NCBI GenBank assembly: GCA_963766735.1
Contig: CAVYBU010000008.1
Span: forward strand, 224,001 to 288,000
Source of the DNA: an uncultured Chloroflexia bacterium
GTDB lineage: Bacteria > Chloroflexota > Limnocylindria > Limnocylindrales > CSP1-4
Direction of reading: 5' to 3'
DNA length: 64,000 nt
Shown: positions 31,410-41,778 of the stretch, in pieces
How positions within the stretch are numbered: the stretch's first letter is position 1
Layout of the letters: every line of letters starts with the position of its first letter
The notes under the pieces: generated by a model
Database searches by the model: none
What the model saw: only the letters and a program-made list of their open reading frames with translations
What the model was told of the DNA's origin: nothing
Program-made: the position numbers and the translations under genes

Positions 31410-32369
31410 ATGGCCTCGATCCACCCCTACCTCGACGACTCGGATCGGCCCGACCGGCTGAGCGGCGGGGTGGCGATGATCCCGATCACCACGCCCAAGG
31501 GCACCTTCCGCGTGTGGACCAAGCGCGTCGGCAACAACCCGAGCGTGAAGGTGCTGCTCCTCCACGGCGGCCCGGGCGCGAACCACGAGGGCTTCGAGGC
31601 CTGCGACAGCTACCTGCCGGCCGCGGGGATCGAGTACTACTACTACGACCAGCTGGGCTCGTCGTACAGCGACCAGCCCGACGACCCCGACCTGTGGGAG
31701 CTCGACCGGTTCGTCGACGAGGTGGAGCAGGTCCGGATCGCCCTGGGGCTCGACCGCTCGAACTTCTTCCTGTACGGCCAGAGCTGGGGCGGCATCCTGG
31801 CCATGGAGTACGCCCTGCACCACGGGGAGGCGCTCAAGGGGCTGGTCATCTCCAACATGATGTCGAGCTGCCGCGCCTACAACGCGTACGCCGAAGACGT
31901 GCTCATGCCGGCGATGGACCAGGACGCGCTGGCGGAGATCAAGGATCTCGAGGCGCGCGGCGACACCGCCGATCCCCGGTACATGGAGCTTCTCCTGGAG
32001 CACCACTACGTCCAGCACGTGCTGCGCATGCCGGTCGATGAGTGGCCGGAGCCCATCACCAGGATGTTCACCAGGATCAACCAGTCGATCTACGTCTCGA
32101 TGCAGGGGCCGAGCGAGCTCGGTCTGAGCGGCAAGCTCCTCGACTGGGACCGCACCGACGATCTCGCTCGCATCGAGGTGCCCACCCTCGTGATCGGCGC
32201 CCGCCACGACACGATGGACCCCGCCTTCATGGAAGACATGGCACGCCGTTTCCCGAAGGGCCGGTACCTGTACTGCCCGAACGGGAGCCACTGTGCGATG
32301 TACGACGACCAGGAGACCTACTTCACCGGGCTCGTCGACTTCCTCCTCGCCTCGAGCGTCGAGTCGTAG
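31410..32369 (+). CDS. Proline iminopeptidase-family alpha/beta hydrolase
   Basis: LLHGGPG, YDQLG, GQSWGG, HD and GSH catalytic motifs. Confidence 0.92.
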   Translation: MASIHPYLDDSDRPDRLSGGVAMIPITTPKGTFRVWTKRVGNNPSVKVLLLHGGPGANHEGFEACDSYLPAAGIEYYYYDQLGSSYSDQPDDPDLWELDRFVDEVEQVRIALGLDRSNFFLYGQSWGGILAMEYALHHGEALKGLVISNMMSSCRAYNAYAEDVLMPAMDQDALAEIKDLEARGDTADPRYMELLLEHHYVQHVLRMPVDEWPEPITRMFTRINQSIYVSMQGPSELGLSGKLLDWDRTDDLARIEVPTLVIGARHDTMDPAFMEDMARRFPKGRYLYCPNGSHCAMYDDQETYFTGLVDFLLASSVES

Positions 32370-32397
32370 CCCCGGGGCGCCCGGGATCGCGTTCGAT

Positions 32398-32892
32398 TCA
32401 GGAGGTCGTCGGGGTATCGCTCGCGGTTGCTGCGACGGCTTCGAGGGCCTCCTCGGTCGCCTCGTGGGTCTCGACGGCACCGCCGAGCTCGGTGAGCCAG
32501 GCCGAGATGGCATCCACCTCGTCCGGAATGACCAGGACCCCCACGGCCGCCTTGCCCCCCTGGAGCTCGCCGCCGATGCGCTCCCTGTCTTCGGCGCTGA
32601 GCCTCAGGCCCTTGTGGTGGAAGTGCCCGAGGATGCTGCCTCCGGCCATTCCGACCAGCAGGGTCGGTGGTGCGACGACGGCCAGGAGGAGCCCGATGCC
32701 AGCGCCTTTCCCGCCGCTGCGCGCCCCGAGCTTGTGCTCCTTGAGATGGCCTGCCTCATCGACAACGAGCACCCCGATCGCGCCGAGCCAGATCCCCTTC
32801 GTTACCTCTGCCCAACTCTTGAGCGACGTGACGGCCGCGTCTGCCTCCGCCTCGTCGGCGAAGATTGCCAGCACCAGCTGCTTGTCAGCCAT
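32398..32892 (-). CDS. DUF1269-like membrane protein
   Basis: RBS GGAGG; LVLAIFADEAEA, Gly-rich hydrophobic hairpin, GKAAVGVL..LGG. Confidence 0.7.
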   Translation of the reverse strand: MADKQLVLAIFADEAEADAAVTSLKSWAEVTKGIWLGAIGVLVVDEAGHLKEHKLGARSGGKGAGIGLLLAVVAPPTLLVGMAGGSILGHFHHKGLRLSAEDRERIGGELQGGKAAVGVLVIPDEVDAISAWLTELGGAVETHEATEEALEAVAATASDTPTTS

Positions 32893-33005
32893 TCCGGGGT
32901 CCTCCTATCGGGTTCCCGCAAGGGTACTGCCCGACGCGCGCCGCCATGGCCGGCATCCAGGCTCCGCTCGACCTCGGTGATCTCGTCCAGAGTGAGCCTC
33001 GTCGG

Positions 33006-34049
33006 CTACGGGCGCTGGTCCGTGCTCGGCCGCTCCCACAGGTTCACGCCGCCCTCGACGGCGAAGCGGTCGATGGCGGATAGCTCCTCGGGCGAGAAAT
33101 CCATGTTCGAAAGGGCGGCCACGTTCTCCCGGAGCTGCGCCACCGAGCTCGCTCCGACCAGCGTGCTCGTCACCCGCGGATCGCGCAGCACCCACGCGTA
33201 GGCCATCTGGGCCAGCGACTGGCCCCGGCCCGTCGCGATCTCGTTCAACGCTCTCACCCGATCGAGGTTCTCAGGGCTCAACACCTCGCGCGGGAACGAG
33301 TCGCCGCCGGGCCGGTTCAGCCTGGAGTCGGCCGGGATGCCGTCGAGGTACTTGTCGGTCAGCAGGCCCTGGGCGAGCGCCGTGAACGCGATCATCCCGC
33401 TGCCCACGTCCTCGAGGGCATCGAGCAGCTCCGCCTCGGGCCACCGGTTGAAGAGGTTGTACGAGGGCTGGTGGATCAGCAGCGGCACGCCCTCGGCCCG
33501 GAGGAGGCCGGCCATCTCGCGGGTCTTGCCCGCGGAGTAGGACGAGATCCCGACGTACAGCGCCTTGCCCTGCCGGACGGCCGTCGCGAGGGCGCCCGCC
33601 GTTTCCTCCAGGGGCGTGTCCGCATCGAACCGGTGCGAGTAGAAGATGTCGAAGTAGTCCACCCCGACGCGGCGGAGACTCTGGTCAAGGCTCGCCAGCA
33701 CGTACTTGCGCGAGCCCCCGCCCTGCCCGTACGGGCCCGGCCACATGTCCCAGCCGGCCTTGCTGGAGATCAGCAGCTCGTCCCGGTGCGCGGCGAGGTC
33801 CTCGCGCAGGATCCGCCCGAAGTTGATCTCCGAGGACCCATATGGCGGACCGTAGTTGTTGGCGAGGTCGAAGTGCGTGATCCCGAGATCGAACGCCGCG
33901 TGGACGATGGCTCGCTGCGTGGCCATCTGGGTCGTATCGCCGAAGTTGTGCCACAGCCCCAGGGACATGACCGGCAAGCGCAGGCCGCTCCGCCCGCAGG
34001 TGCGATAGACCATCGCGTCGTAGCGGGCCGCGTCGGGTTCGTAGGTCAT
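33006..34049 (-). CDS. Aldo/keto reductase, YghZ/L-glyceraldehyde-3-phosphate reductase type
   Basis: GRSGLRLP.MSLGLWHNFG, THFDLANNYGPPYGSSE, MWPGPYG, IHQPSY. Confidence 0.93.
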   Translation of the reverse strand: MTYEPDAARYDAMVYRTCGRSGLRLPVMSLGLWHNFGDTTQMATQRAIVHAAFDLGITHFDLANNYGPPYGSSEINFGRILREDLAAHRDELLISSKAGWDMWPGPYGQGGGSRKYVLASLDQSLRRVGVDYFDIFYSHRFDADTPLEETAGALATAVRQGKALYVGISSYSAGKTREMAGLLRAEGVPLLIHQPSYNLFNRWPEAELLDALEDVGSGMIAFTALAQGLLTDKYLDGIPADSRLNRPGGDSFPREVLSPENLDRVRALNEIATGRGQSLAQMAYAWVLRDPRVTSTLVGASSVAQLRENVAALSNMDFSPEELSAIDRFAVEGGVNLWERPSTDQRP

Positions 34050-34095
34050 GAGATGTTCCTCCGGTTGCGCGCCCCGCGCCGCGACCCCCCGCCCG

Positions 34096-36690
34096 CTAGC
34101 CGCGGACGACGATGTTGACGAGCTTGCCGCCGCCCGCGTGGATGATGCGAAGTGGCTCCCTGCCGTCCAGGGCAGCCTGGACCTTGTCCCGCGAGAGGAT
34201 CACCTGCTCCAGCTCGATGTCGCTGATGCCGGCCGGGACGGTGACCTTGTCGCGCATCTTGCCGTTGATCTGGATCGGGATCTCGCGGGTGGCCTCCACC
34301 ACGGCGGTCTCGTCCACCTCCGGCCACCGCTGCACGTGGATGGACTCCCACGCCTCGCCGCGTGCCGCGGCCAGCCGCGACCACGTCTCCTCGGTGATGT
34401 GCGGTGCGGCCGGAGCCAGCATGAGCAGGAGCAGGCGCACGGCCTCGTCCCACTCGGGCAGCCCCGCGACGGACGTGCCGCGATACCGGAACAGCAGGTT
34501 CGAGAGCTCCATGAGCTTCGCGATCATCGTGTTCCAGCGGAACCCGTCGTAGTCCTCGGTCACGTCGCGCAGCGTCCGGTGGGCCGCGGCCCGCATCCGG
34601 TCGCGGGCGTCGGACTCGGACTCGCCGGGCGGCAGGGCGCCGCCGGTCTGGTCGCCGGCGTCGCGGCCGTGCGGATCCAGCGCGATGGTCCAGACGCGAT
34701 TGAGGAACTTGTTGACGCCGCCGATCCCGGTCGGGCTCCACGGGCCGCCCTGGTCCCAGGGACCCATGAACATCAGGAACAGGCGGACGGTGTCCGCGCC
34801 GTAGCGGACCACCAGCTCGTCCGGGTCCTGCACGTTGCCGCGGCTCTTGCTCATCCGCTCGCCGTCCGCGCCCAGGATCTGGCCCTGGTTGAACAGCTTG
34901 CGGAACGGCTCGGCTTCGTGGACCAGGCCCAGGTCACGCATCGCCTTGGTGAAGAACCGGCTGTAGAGCAGGTGCATCACCGCGTGCTCGGCGCCGCCCG
35001 TGTACTGGTCGACGGGGGTCCACTCGCGCACCTTGTCCACGTCTACGGGGGCATCCGTGGCATCCGGCGAGAGGTAGCGGAACCAGTACCAGGACGAGTC
35101 CATGAACGTGTCCATCGTGTCCGTCTCGCGGCGGGCGGGTTTGCCACACTGCGGGCAGTCCGCGGCCAGGAACGCCTCGTCCCGGGTCAGCGGGTTGTCG
35201 CCGCTGCCCCGGTAGTCGACGCTGTCGGGCAGCAGCACCGGCAGCTGGTCCGCCGGTACGCCCACCGGGCCGCAGTCCTCGCAGTGGATGACCGGGATCG
35301 GCGTGCCCCAGTAGCGCTGGCGGCTGATCAGCCAGTCCCGCAGCCGGTACGTGACCGCCTGGCTGCCCCGACCGTCCTTCTCGAGCCGGTTGACGATGTC
35401 GTGCCACGCGTCGGCGGCCCGGTCCCCGGTGTATTCCCCGGAGTTGACCATCACCTCGTCGATGGTGTGCTCGGTGAAGGCGCTCGTCAGCTCCTCGTCC
35501 GGATCGGCGCCCTTCGGCATCACGACCTTGACGATCGGCAGGCCGAACTTCCGGGCGAAGGCGAAGTCCCGCTCGTCGTGGGCGGGGACAGCCATGATCG
35601 CCCCCGTGCCGTACGAAGCCAGCACGTAGTCCGCGATGAAGATCGGGATCCGCTCCCCGTTGACGGGGTTGATGGCGTCCGAACCGAGGGCGACGCCGGT
35701 CTTCTCGCGGTCGGCCGACAGGCGGTCGATCTCCGTCTTGGTCGCGGCGGCGGCCACGTAGCCGTCCACCTCGGCCTTGCGATCCGGCGCGGTCAGCGCG
35801 GCGACCAGCGGATGCTCCGGGGCCAGGACCATGAACGTGGCGCCGAACAGCGTGTCCGGGCGCGTGGTGAAGACGCGCAGCTCCTCGCCACCGCCGTGGT
35901 GGGCGGAGGGGGCCGTCTCGAACACGATCTCCGCGCCGGATGACCGCCCGATCCAGTTCGTCTGCATGATCCGGACCGGATCCGGCCAGTCGAGACCGGT
36001 GAAGTCCAGCAGGTCGTCGGCGTAGTCCGTGGTGCGCAGGTACCACTGCGGCAGCTCGCGCTTCTCCACCTTCTCACCGCAGCGCCAGCACCGGCGCTCT
36101 GTGCCCTCGACCTGCTCCCGGGCCAGCGTCCCGTCGTTGGGGCACCAGTCCACCGGCGAGACCGAGCGATAGGCCAGGCCCCGCTCCAGGAACTGCGTGA
36201 ACATCCACTGGTTCCAGCGGTAGTAGCCGGGATCGCAGGTCACGACCTCGTTGTCCCACGCGAACGTGGCGCCCATCGTGCGGAACTGGACCCGCATCTT
36301 CTCGATGTTCGCCATCGTCCACTCACGCGGGTGGAAGCCGCCCTTGATCGCGGCGTTCTCGGCCGGCAGCCCGAAGGCGTCGAAGCCGATTGGCAGGAAC
36401 ACGTTGTAGCCGTGCATGCGCCGGTAGCGAGCGATCGCGTCCGTGGGCGTGACGATGTACCAGTGGCCGATGTGCAGCGCCCCCGAGGGGTACGGGTACA
36501 TCGTCAGCAGGTAGTAGCGCGGCTTGCTGCGATCGTCCAGGTCGGTGTCGTACAGACGGAGCTCGGCCCACGTCGCCTGCCACCTGGGTTCGACGGTCGT
36601 GTGGTCGTAGCGCTCGATGCGTCCCCGCTCGTCGCGGGCGACGCTGTCGGCGCCTGTGGTCGCGCTGTCGCCTGTGGTCGTCACGGTCAC
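34096..36690 (-). CDS. leuS: Leucine--tRNA ligase
   Basis: [20 protein letters not shown] editing domain, [13 protein letters not shown]. Confidence 0.99.
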   Translation of the reverse strand: MTVTTTGDSATTGADSVARDERGRIERYDHTTVEPRWQATWAELRLYDTDLDDRSKPRYYLLTMYPYPSGALHIGHWYIVTPTDAIARYRRMHGYNVFLPIGFDAFGLPAENAAIKGGFHPREWTMANIEKMRVQFRTMGATFAWDNEVVTCDPGYYRWNQWMFTQFLERGLAYRSVSPVDWCPNDGTLAREQVEGTERRCWRCGEKVEKRELPQWYLRTTDYADDLLDFTGLDWPDPVRIMQTNWIGRSSGAEIVFETAPSAHHGGGEELRVFTTRPDTLFGATFMVLAPEHPLVAALTAPDRKAEVDGYVAAAATKTEIDRLSADREKTGVALGSDAINPVNGERIPIFIADYVLASYGTGAIMAVPAHDERDFAFARKFGLPIVKVVMPKGADPDEELTSAFTEHTIDEVMVNSGEYTGDRAADAWHDIVNRLEKDGRGSQAVTYRLRDWLISRQRYWGTPIPVIHCEDCGPVGVPADQLPVLLPDSVDYRGSGDNPLTRDEAFLAADCPQCGKPARRETDTMDTFMDSSWYWFRYLSPDATDAPVDVDKVREWTPVDQYTGGAEHAVMHLLYSRFFTKAMRDLGLVHEAEPFRKLFNQGQILGADGERMSKSRGNVQDPDELVVRYGADTVRLFLMFMGPWDQGGPWSPTGIGGVNKFLNRVWTIALDPHGRDAGDQTGGALPPGESESDARDRMRAAAHRTLRDVTEDYDGFRWNTMIAKLMELSNLLFRYRGTSVAGLPEWDEAVRLLLLMLAPAAPHITEETWSRLAAARGEAWESIHVQRWPEVDETAVVEATREIPIQINGKMRDKVTVPAGISDIELEQVILSRDKVQAALDGREPLRIIHAGGGKLVNIVVRG

Positions 36691-36704
36691 GGACCCTTCG
36701 GATG

Positions 36705-36738
36705 AAACAAGACCCCCCGCCGGTCCCGGCGAGGGGTC
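36705..36738 (-). terminator. Intrinsic terminator-like hairpin between tRNA-Ala and leuS
   Basis: GACCCCTCGCCGG-GA-CCGGCGGGGGGTC followed by TTGTTT on the minus strand. Confidence 0.65.
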
Positions 36739-36762
36739 AGATGATCGGCGTTACCGGGGTGT

Positions 36763-36838
36763 TGGTGGAGCTACGGGGGTTCGAACCCCGGACCTTCTGA
36801 ATGCCATTCAGACGCTCTCCCAGCTGAGCTATAGCCCC
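36763..36838 (-). tRNA. tRNA-Ala(GGC)
   Basis: GGGGCTATAGCTCAGCTGGGAGAGCG; anticodon arm TCTGA-ATGGCAT-TCAGA; GTTCGA; CCA end. Confidence 0.98.
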
Positions 36839-36910
36839 ACGGTTTCGTGCTCGATCAGAGCTGCTTGCTGAGCGATGGGGAGTTTAGCATCTTCAACCGG
36901 CCGAGCCGAC

Positions 36911-36941
36911 AGCAGACGCTCTCCCAACTGAGCCATTACCC
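36911..36941 (-). pseudogene. Degenerate tRNA 5' half resembling the adjacent tRNA-Ala
   Basis: GCTCAGTTGGGAGAGCGTCTG matches the tRNA-Ala(GGC) D-arm region at 20 of 21 positions; no intact T-arm or acceptor pairing. Confidence 0.7.
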
Positions 36942-36956
36942 GTTGCCGGCTCGAGC

Positions 36957-38462
36957 TCACGGCGCCAGTCGAGGTCCGGCGCCTTCGATCTCGGCCCGGT
37001 TGCGTCTCAGCCACTCGGCCGTCCGTGGCGCCCAGCGTCCGTCCGCGTCCAGCAGCACCGCCAGGCGGCGAAGGTCCGACACCGTGTCGACGTCCGGCCA
37101 CGACTCGACGCCGGCAACCTGCCAGCCGGCCGACGCGAGGCCCTTCTCGGCGGCATCGAACGCGGTCGTGCCGCCGGTCGCACTCTCGGTGAAGGCACGT
37201 CGCAGCCTGTCAGCCAGGTTTCGCCGAAACCGGCGTCGGATCGGCGCCGGGGTTGCCCGGGGTACCTGCCTCCAACGGGCACCGACGAGGTGGTAGCCGC
37301 CGTCGTCGGCCGCGCCCAGCACCGCGCCCCGCGGGCTGCGGGCGAGCACGGCCAGGGCCGCCTCGATGCGGGCGGGCGGCAGCCCCGGAGCGTCGCCTGC
37401 GACGGCGATTGCGCGATCGGCTCCGCGGTCGAACGCCGCCAGGAAGACGTCGGCGAGAGCCGTCCCGAGCCCCGGCCCGGTCTGCACGATCGGAGTCCAG
37501 GCTGGACCGATGATCCGGACGACCGCGTCGACATCGGCGACCGACGGGAGCATGGCAACTGGAGTCAGATGCGCGGCTCGCGACGCATCGAGCGCGCCGT
37601 CGGCGGCATCGGACATGCAGGCGGTCCAGAAGGCCGTCGTTGCCTCGTCGCCGATATCCGCGGCCAGGCGCGTCTTGGCCCGACCCGGCCCGGGAGCCTT
37701 GACCATGAGGGCGAGGAGCGGGCGCGCCGCCGTCTCCGACCAGGCACGGCCGACCATGGCCCGGCCGGCCGCCACGGACGCCCGCAATGAGCCCGACACC
37801 TTGCTCGTGCCGCCCTGCCGTCGTCGGAACCGGACCGGCACCTCCCGGAACCGGATCGTCGGCTCTGCGATGACCCGTGCGACCAGCTGGGTCGTCCAAC
37901 CGTAGCCTGCATCGCTGAGATCGAGTCGGGCGAGCGTGGGAGCGCTCAGCGCCTTGAACGGCGGCAGGTCGCGGACGGTCCGTCCTGCCCGGATCGACAT
38001 GATGACGGCCACCAGGTCGTTGCCGAGCCGGGCGTGCCACGGCATGGCGCCGGTCTCGATCAGGCGACCTGGTCGTCGGCCGAACGCCACGTCCGCCCTG
38101 GACAGCGCCGAGATCAGGACCGCCAGGTCCCGGGGATCGCACGATCCGTCGCCGTCCAGGAATGCGACCACGTCATGGGCGTGGCCGGACGCAGCGGGAT
38201 CCAGCGCGCGTCCGGCGCCCGTCAGGCAGGCGCGCCCGTAGCCGCGTCGCGGCTCCTCGATGAGGAGGCCACCGGCCTCCACCGCGACGCGCCGTGTCCC
38301 ATCGCGCGATCCGCCGTCGACCACGTAGACGCAGCACGCCCCCGAGTCCCGCAGGCCGCGGACGATGGCTCCGATCGCGGTCTGCTCGTCGATGACCGGG
38401 ATGACGGCGGCGACCGTCGGAGCGCCGCCGGTGCGAGTGCCGCCGCCTCGTTCCACGCTCAT
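36957..38462 (-). CDS. Glycosyltransferase family 2 fused to a DUF2064/CofC-like domain
   Basis: VIPVIDE, VVDGGSRDGT, GYGRAC, FLDGDGS; then KAPGPGRAKTRL, Q.G.GLG, AGDAP, LG.ADDGGYHLVG, WPDVDT. Confidence 0.88.
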   Translation of the reverse strand: MSVERGGGTRTGGAPTVAAVIPVIDEQTAIGAIVRGLRDSGACCVYVVDGGSRDGTRRVAVEAGGLLIEEPRRGYGRACLTGAGRALDPAASGHAHDVVAFLDGDGSCDPRDLAVLISALSRADVAFGRRPGRLIETGAMPWHARLGNDLVAVIMSIRAGRTVRDLPPFKALSAPTLARLDLSDAGYGWTTQLVARVIAEPTIRFREVPVRFRRRQGGTSKVSGSLRASVAAGRAMVGRAWSETAARPLLALMVKAPGPGRAKTRLAADIGDEATTAFWTACMSDAADGALDASRAAHLTPVAMLPSVADVDAVVRIIGPAWTPIVQTGPGLGTALADVFLAAFDRGADRAIAVAGDAPGLPPARIEAALAVLARSPRGAVLGAADDGGYHLVGARWRQVPRATPAPIRRRFRRNLADRLRRAFTESATGGTTAFDAAEKGLASAGWQVAGVESWPDVDTVSDLRRLAVLLDADGRWAPRTAEWLRRNRAEIEGAGPRLAP

Positions 38463-40042
38463 GGCGTTGCCCCGTCCGGCTCCGGGCCCCAGACGATGAA
38501 CTCGCCGTCGTCGACCAGCACCGCTCGTTCGCCGGCCATGAGCGTGGCGAGCATCTGGTCGTGGCGACTCCGGGTCCGCGGTGTCGGCGACCATGGCAGG
38601 CGATCCATGACCACGTACGAATCCGCCGGAGGGATCGAGCTGGCGATCAGCCGCCGGACGTCGGGTCGCGCGGCGAGTGGGGCGACCAGTCCCTCGTCGG
38701 CAGCGACGATCGCATCGGCGGGAACGACGACGGCCACCAGCTTCAGCCGATCCAGCCTTGCCGGCCGGGCGGCGAACGCAGGGTCGCTCGGGTCGAACGG
38801 CGGGATCGAGCCCTGGACCCATGCTCCGACCGCCGCCGGGACGATCAGCAGGACCGCCAGCACTGGAGCGAGCCGCCGGAGCATGGACTCGCCGGCGCCA
38901 CGGCCCGGTGCCCGCTGCCGTCGCCTTCGTCGCAGCCGTCGCTCGACGATCGCCAGCACCCTCCGCCCGCCAAACCCGGCGGCAACGACCAGCGGCACCA
39001 CGAGGATCAGCGCGTACTGGAGTCGGAGGTCCGCCTGGAAGCGGTTGTCAGACAGGAGCGCGGCGGCCATCGGTGGCAGGACGAGGAGCAACCAGCGCGG
39101 ACGGACCAGGGGCAGGCCGAGCAGGGCAACGATCATTCCGGCCGCGGCCAGCCATGGTGTCGCCCGGGCGACGTGGGCAACGACCGCCGAGGTCTGCTCG
39201 AACGGTGCCCACAGGACGGCGAGCCCGCCGCCGAGCCAGGCGTAGTAGCCGTCGGTGTCGAGCCGGGCGCCGTCGCGGATGGCCGGCATCACCACGCCGA
39301 AGGCCGCGATCGTCCACGCGGCCGCCACGAGGACGAGGAACCGGCCCTGGCGGCGTGCCGAGCCGCGACCCCGGACTGCTACGGCCAGTCCGACGACGGC
39401 GACCGCGTAGCCGACGTCCTCGCGGGTCGCGAGCGCCAGCAGCGCCAGTGCCCACATCGCGCGATGGCGCTTCGTCAGGCCGGCCCAGCCGGCCAGGAGT
39501 GCCAGGCCGATCCCGGCGGTCTCGGGATGGAAGTCGGAGCGGATGACGTCCTGCATCGTGCCCCACACCGGGATCCCGATCGACAGCACCGCGGCGAGGG
39601 CCGGGCCGAACCGGCTCGGCCTGAGCAGCGCGCGGAGGAACAGGAACGCGGTCGGGATGAGCGCCGCGACGGACACGGCGTGGAGCAGGTTGAGGACGCG
39701 CACGTCCGGCCCGACGAGGCCTTCGATCACGGCCGGGACCAGGAGGATCGGCGAGAAGTGGAGACCGAGGAACGATCCCTCGTGGAAGCTCGAGATCCAC
39801 AGGCCGCGGTCCGCCACGTTCCAGATGATCTGCTGGAAGAACGCGAGGTCATACGGAGGGGCCGACAAGCCGTCGACCCGGTTGAGGAGGAGGGTCGCCA
39901 CCCACACCGCCGCCAGGATCGTCGCCAGCCCCACGAGGTGGGTGGGCGCGACGAGCGTCGTCGCCGCACGCCGCCCTCGAGCGCCAGGATCGTCGCTCGC
40001 CATCGTCGCCGCGCTCGCCCTGCGGCCGAGCCCGAGGTTCAT
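38459..40042 (-). CDS. DUF2079-like polytopic membrane protein (putative GT-C glycosyltransferase)
   Basis: YDLAFFQQIIWN, FLGLHFSP, DFHPE, TRED, QY motifs; many TM helices. Confidence 0.8.
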   Translation of the reverse strand: MNLGLGRRASAATMASDDPGARGRRAATTLVAPTHLVGLATILAAVWVATLLLNRVDGLSAPPYDLAFFQQIIWNVADRGLWISSFHEGSFLGLHFSPILLVPAVIEGLVGPDVRVLNLLHAVSVAALIPTAFLFLRALLRPSRFGPALAAVLSIGIPVWGTMQDVIRSDFHPETAGIGLALLAGWAGLTKRHRAMWALALLALATREDVGYAVAVVGLAVAVRGRGSARRQGRFLVLVAAAWTIAAFGVVMPAIRDGARLDTDGYYAWLGGGLAVLWAPFEQTSAVVAHVARATPWLAAAGMIVALLGLPLVRPRWLLLVLPPMAAALLSDNRFQADLRLQYALILVVPLVVAAGFGGRRVLAIVERRLRRRRRQRAPGRGAGESMLRRLAPVLAVLLIVPAAVGAWVQGSIPPFDPSDPAFAARPARLDRLKLVAVVVPADAIVAADEGLVAPLAARPDVRRLIASSIPPADSYVVMDRLPWSPTPRTRSRHDQMLATLMAGERAVLVDDGEFIVWGPEPDGATP

Positions 40043-40050
40043 CCGGCTTC

Positions 40051-41100
40051 CTACCGGACCGTTGACGTATCGGCGTGTCGCTCGGACCTTGTCAGGAGCG
40101 GCTTCCCCGACGCGCGATAGCGGTCGGCGATCCCTCGCGCCGCGGTCCCGATGGCGTCGACAGCCGACAGCCGCGGCGCCCACCCGAGCGCCCGTAGCGC
40201 CGAGGTCTCGAACTCGACGTAGGCCGTGTCACCCGGCCAGCCGCCGCCGCCCGCCCCGGGGCCTGCGAAGGCCAGCTCGACCGAATCGGGCCCCAGTCCC
40301 AGGGCCGCGATGACGACCTCGGCCACGCGACGAACCGTCACCGTTCCCTCGGTCCCGACGTTCAGGATCGTCATCGGGGCAGCCGGCGCTGCCCCGACTC
40401 CGCGACGGATCCCGGCGACAAGGTCGTCGACCGCGATGTACGGCTTCGCCTGCGTGCCGTCGCCCAGGATCTCGAGTCGGGTCGGGTCGCGCAGCAGCTT
40501 GACCACGAAGTCGTGGACCACGCCGTGGTTCGAGCGCGGGCCAACCGTGTTGCCGAAGCGGAACGCATGGGCTCGCCAGGCGTACAGGCTCGCGAAACCG
40601 GAGATCAGCGCCTCGCCGGCCAGCTTCGCGGCCGCATAGTGCGATTCCGGCAGCAGCGGGCCATCACCTTCACCGGTCGGGATCCGGGCGGGGCGGCCGT
40701 AGACGACCCCGGACGAGGCGAACCAGATCTCGTCGATGCCGACCGCGCGCATCGATTCGCAGACGCGCTCCGTGCCGACGATTCCACTTTCGAAGTCGCG
40801 CTCCGGGTGCGCGAAGCCCCCGGCGATGTCCGTCCCGGACGCAAGATGCACGACGCGACGGTGGCCGGACATGGCGGCTCGGAGCGTGTCCCGGTCCGTG
40901 ATGTCGCCGCGGACGAAGCTGAGGCGCGGGTCACCGTCGAACCGGGTCGCCCAGTCCGGCTCGGCGGTCGAGAGGTTGTCGAAGACGGTGACCGGCGCTC
41001 CGTCACGCAGCAGCGATGCGACCACCTCGCCGCCGATGAACCCCGCCCCGCCGGTGACGAAGGTTCGCACCGGTTCCAGGCGATCCGTCATCCGGGCCAT
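40051..41100 (-). CDS. NAD-dependent epimerase/dehydratase (extended SDR, GalE-like)
   Basis: TGGAGFIG, FASSGVVYG, YAAAK, FRFGNTVGP, GDGTQAK. Confidence 0.92.
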   Translation of the reverse strand: MARMTDRLEPVRTFVTGGAGFIGGEVVASLLRDGAPVTVFDNLSTAEPDWATRFDGDPRLSFVRGDITDRDTLRAAMSGHRRVVHLASGTDIAGGFAHPERDFESGIVGTERVCESMRAVGIDEIWFASSGVVYGRPARIPTGEGDGPLLPESHYAAAKLAGEALISGFASLYAWRAHAFRFGNTVGPRSNHGVVHDFVVKLLRDPTRLEILGDGTQAKPYIAVDDLVAGIRRGVGAAPAAPMTILNVGTEGTVTVRRVAEVVIAALGLGPDSVELAFAGPGAGGGGWPGDTAYVEFETSALRALGWAPRLSAVDAIGTAARGIADRYRASGKPLLTRSERHADTSTVR

Positions 41101-41714
41101 CGGCGACGAGTGCGCGCCATCCGAGCGTCAAGACCGTGCCAGCGACCGGCGCGGAAGGCCGCCAGGCACAGGAGCGGAATCCACTCGACCGAGTACTCGT
41201 AGATCCACTTGTCGTTCCACAGCGTCGCGAACTGGAGATGGAGCGCCATGCCCGCCGCGACCACCGCTGCGATCGGCGTGAGCAGGCCCAGGATCAGCAG
41301 GACCCCGACGACCGTCTCGAGCAGCCCGATCGAGAAGCCGAAGAACCCGAAGTTGGGCAGGACGACACCCTCGACAAAGGAGCGGTACGGCTCGATCGGA
41401 TGCTGCTGGGTGATCACCTCGTACTTGATGATCGACTCGGCACTGCGACCGCCCTCGGCGTTGATCACGAACCCCAGCGGCGTGTCAGGCCACAGGTTCG
41501 GCACCGCCGGAAGGATCTTGGCGAGGCCGTTGTGGAGATAGACCAAGCCGAAGAAGATCCGCAGCGTGGCCATTGCGCGGCCGAACCACTGGCCGTTGGC
41601 GATCGCCGCGATCGCCTCGGATTGCGCTGTGCGTGCGGTGGGTTCCACGTCTGCCCTCCCAGGAGCCGGTGAGCGTGCTGGCGCCGCCGTTCGGGCCGCC
41701 AGACGGTGCGTCAC
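41088..41714 (-). CDS. DoxX/TQO-like membrane protein
   Basis: LRIFFGLVYLHNGLAKI, ETVVGVLLILGLLT, GRWHGLD; start uncertain. Confidence 0.78.
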   Translation of the reverse strand: MTHRLAARTAAPARSPAPGRADVEPTARTAQSEAIAAIANGQWFGRAMATLRIFFGLVYLHNGLAKILPAVPNLWPDTPLGFVINAEGGRSAESIIKYEVITQQHPIEPYRSFVEGVVLPNFGFFGFSIGLLETVVGVLLILGLLTPIAAVVAAGMALHLQFATLWNDKWIYEYSVEWIPLLCLAAFRAGRWHGLDARMARTRRRWPG

Positions 41715-41778
41715 GTGATCGTGTGAAGCCGACACTAGCGATGGGTCGTGACGCTCGCGTGACGAAGTCCCGGCCCGC

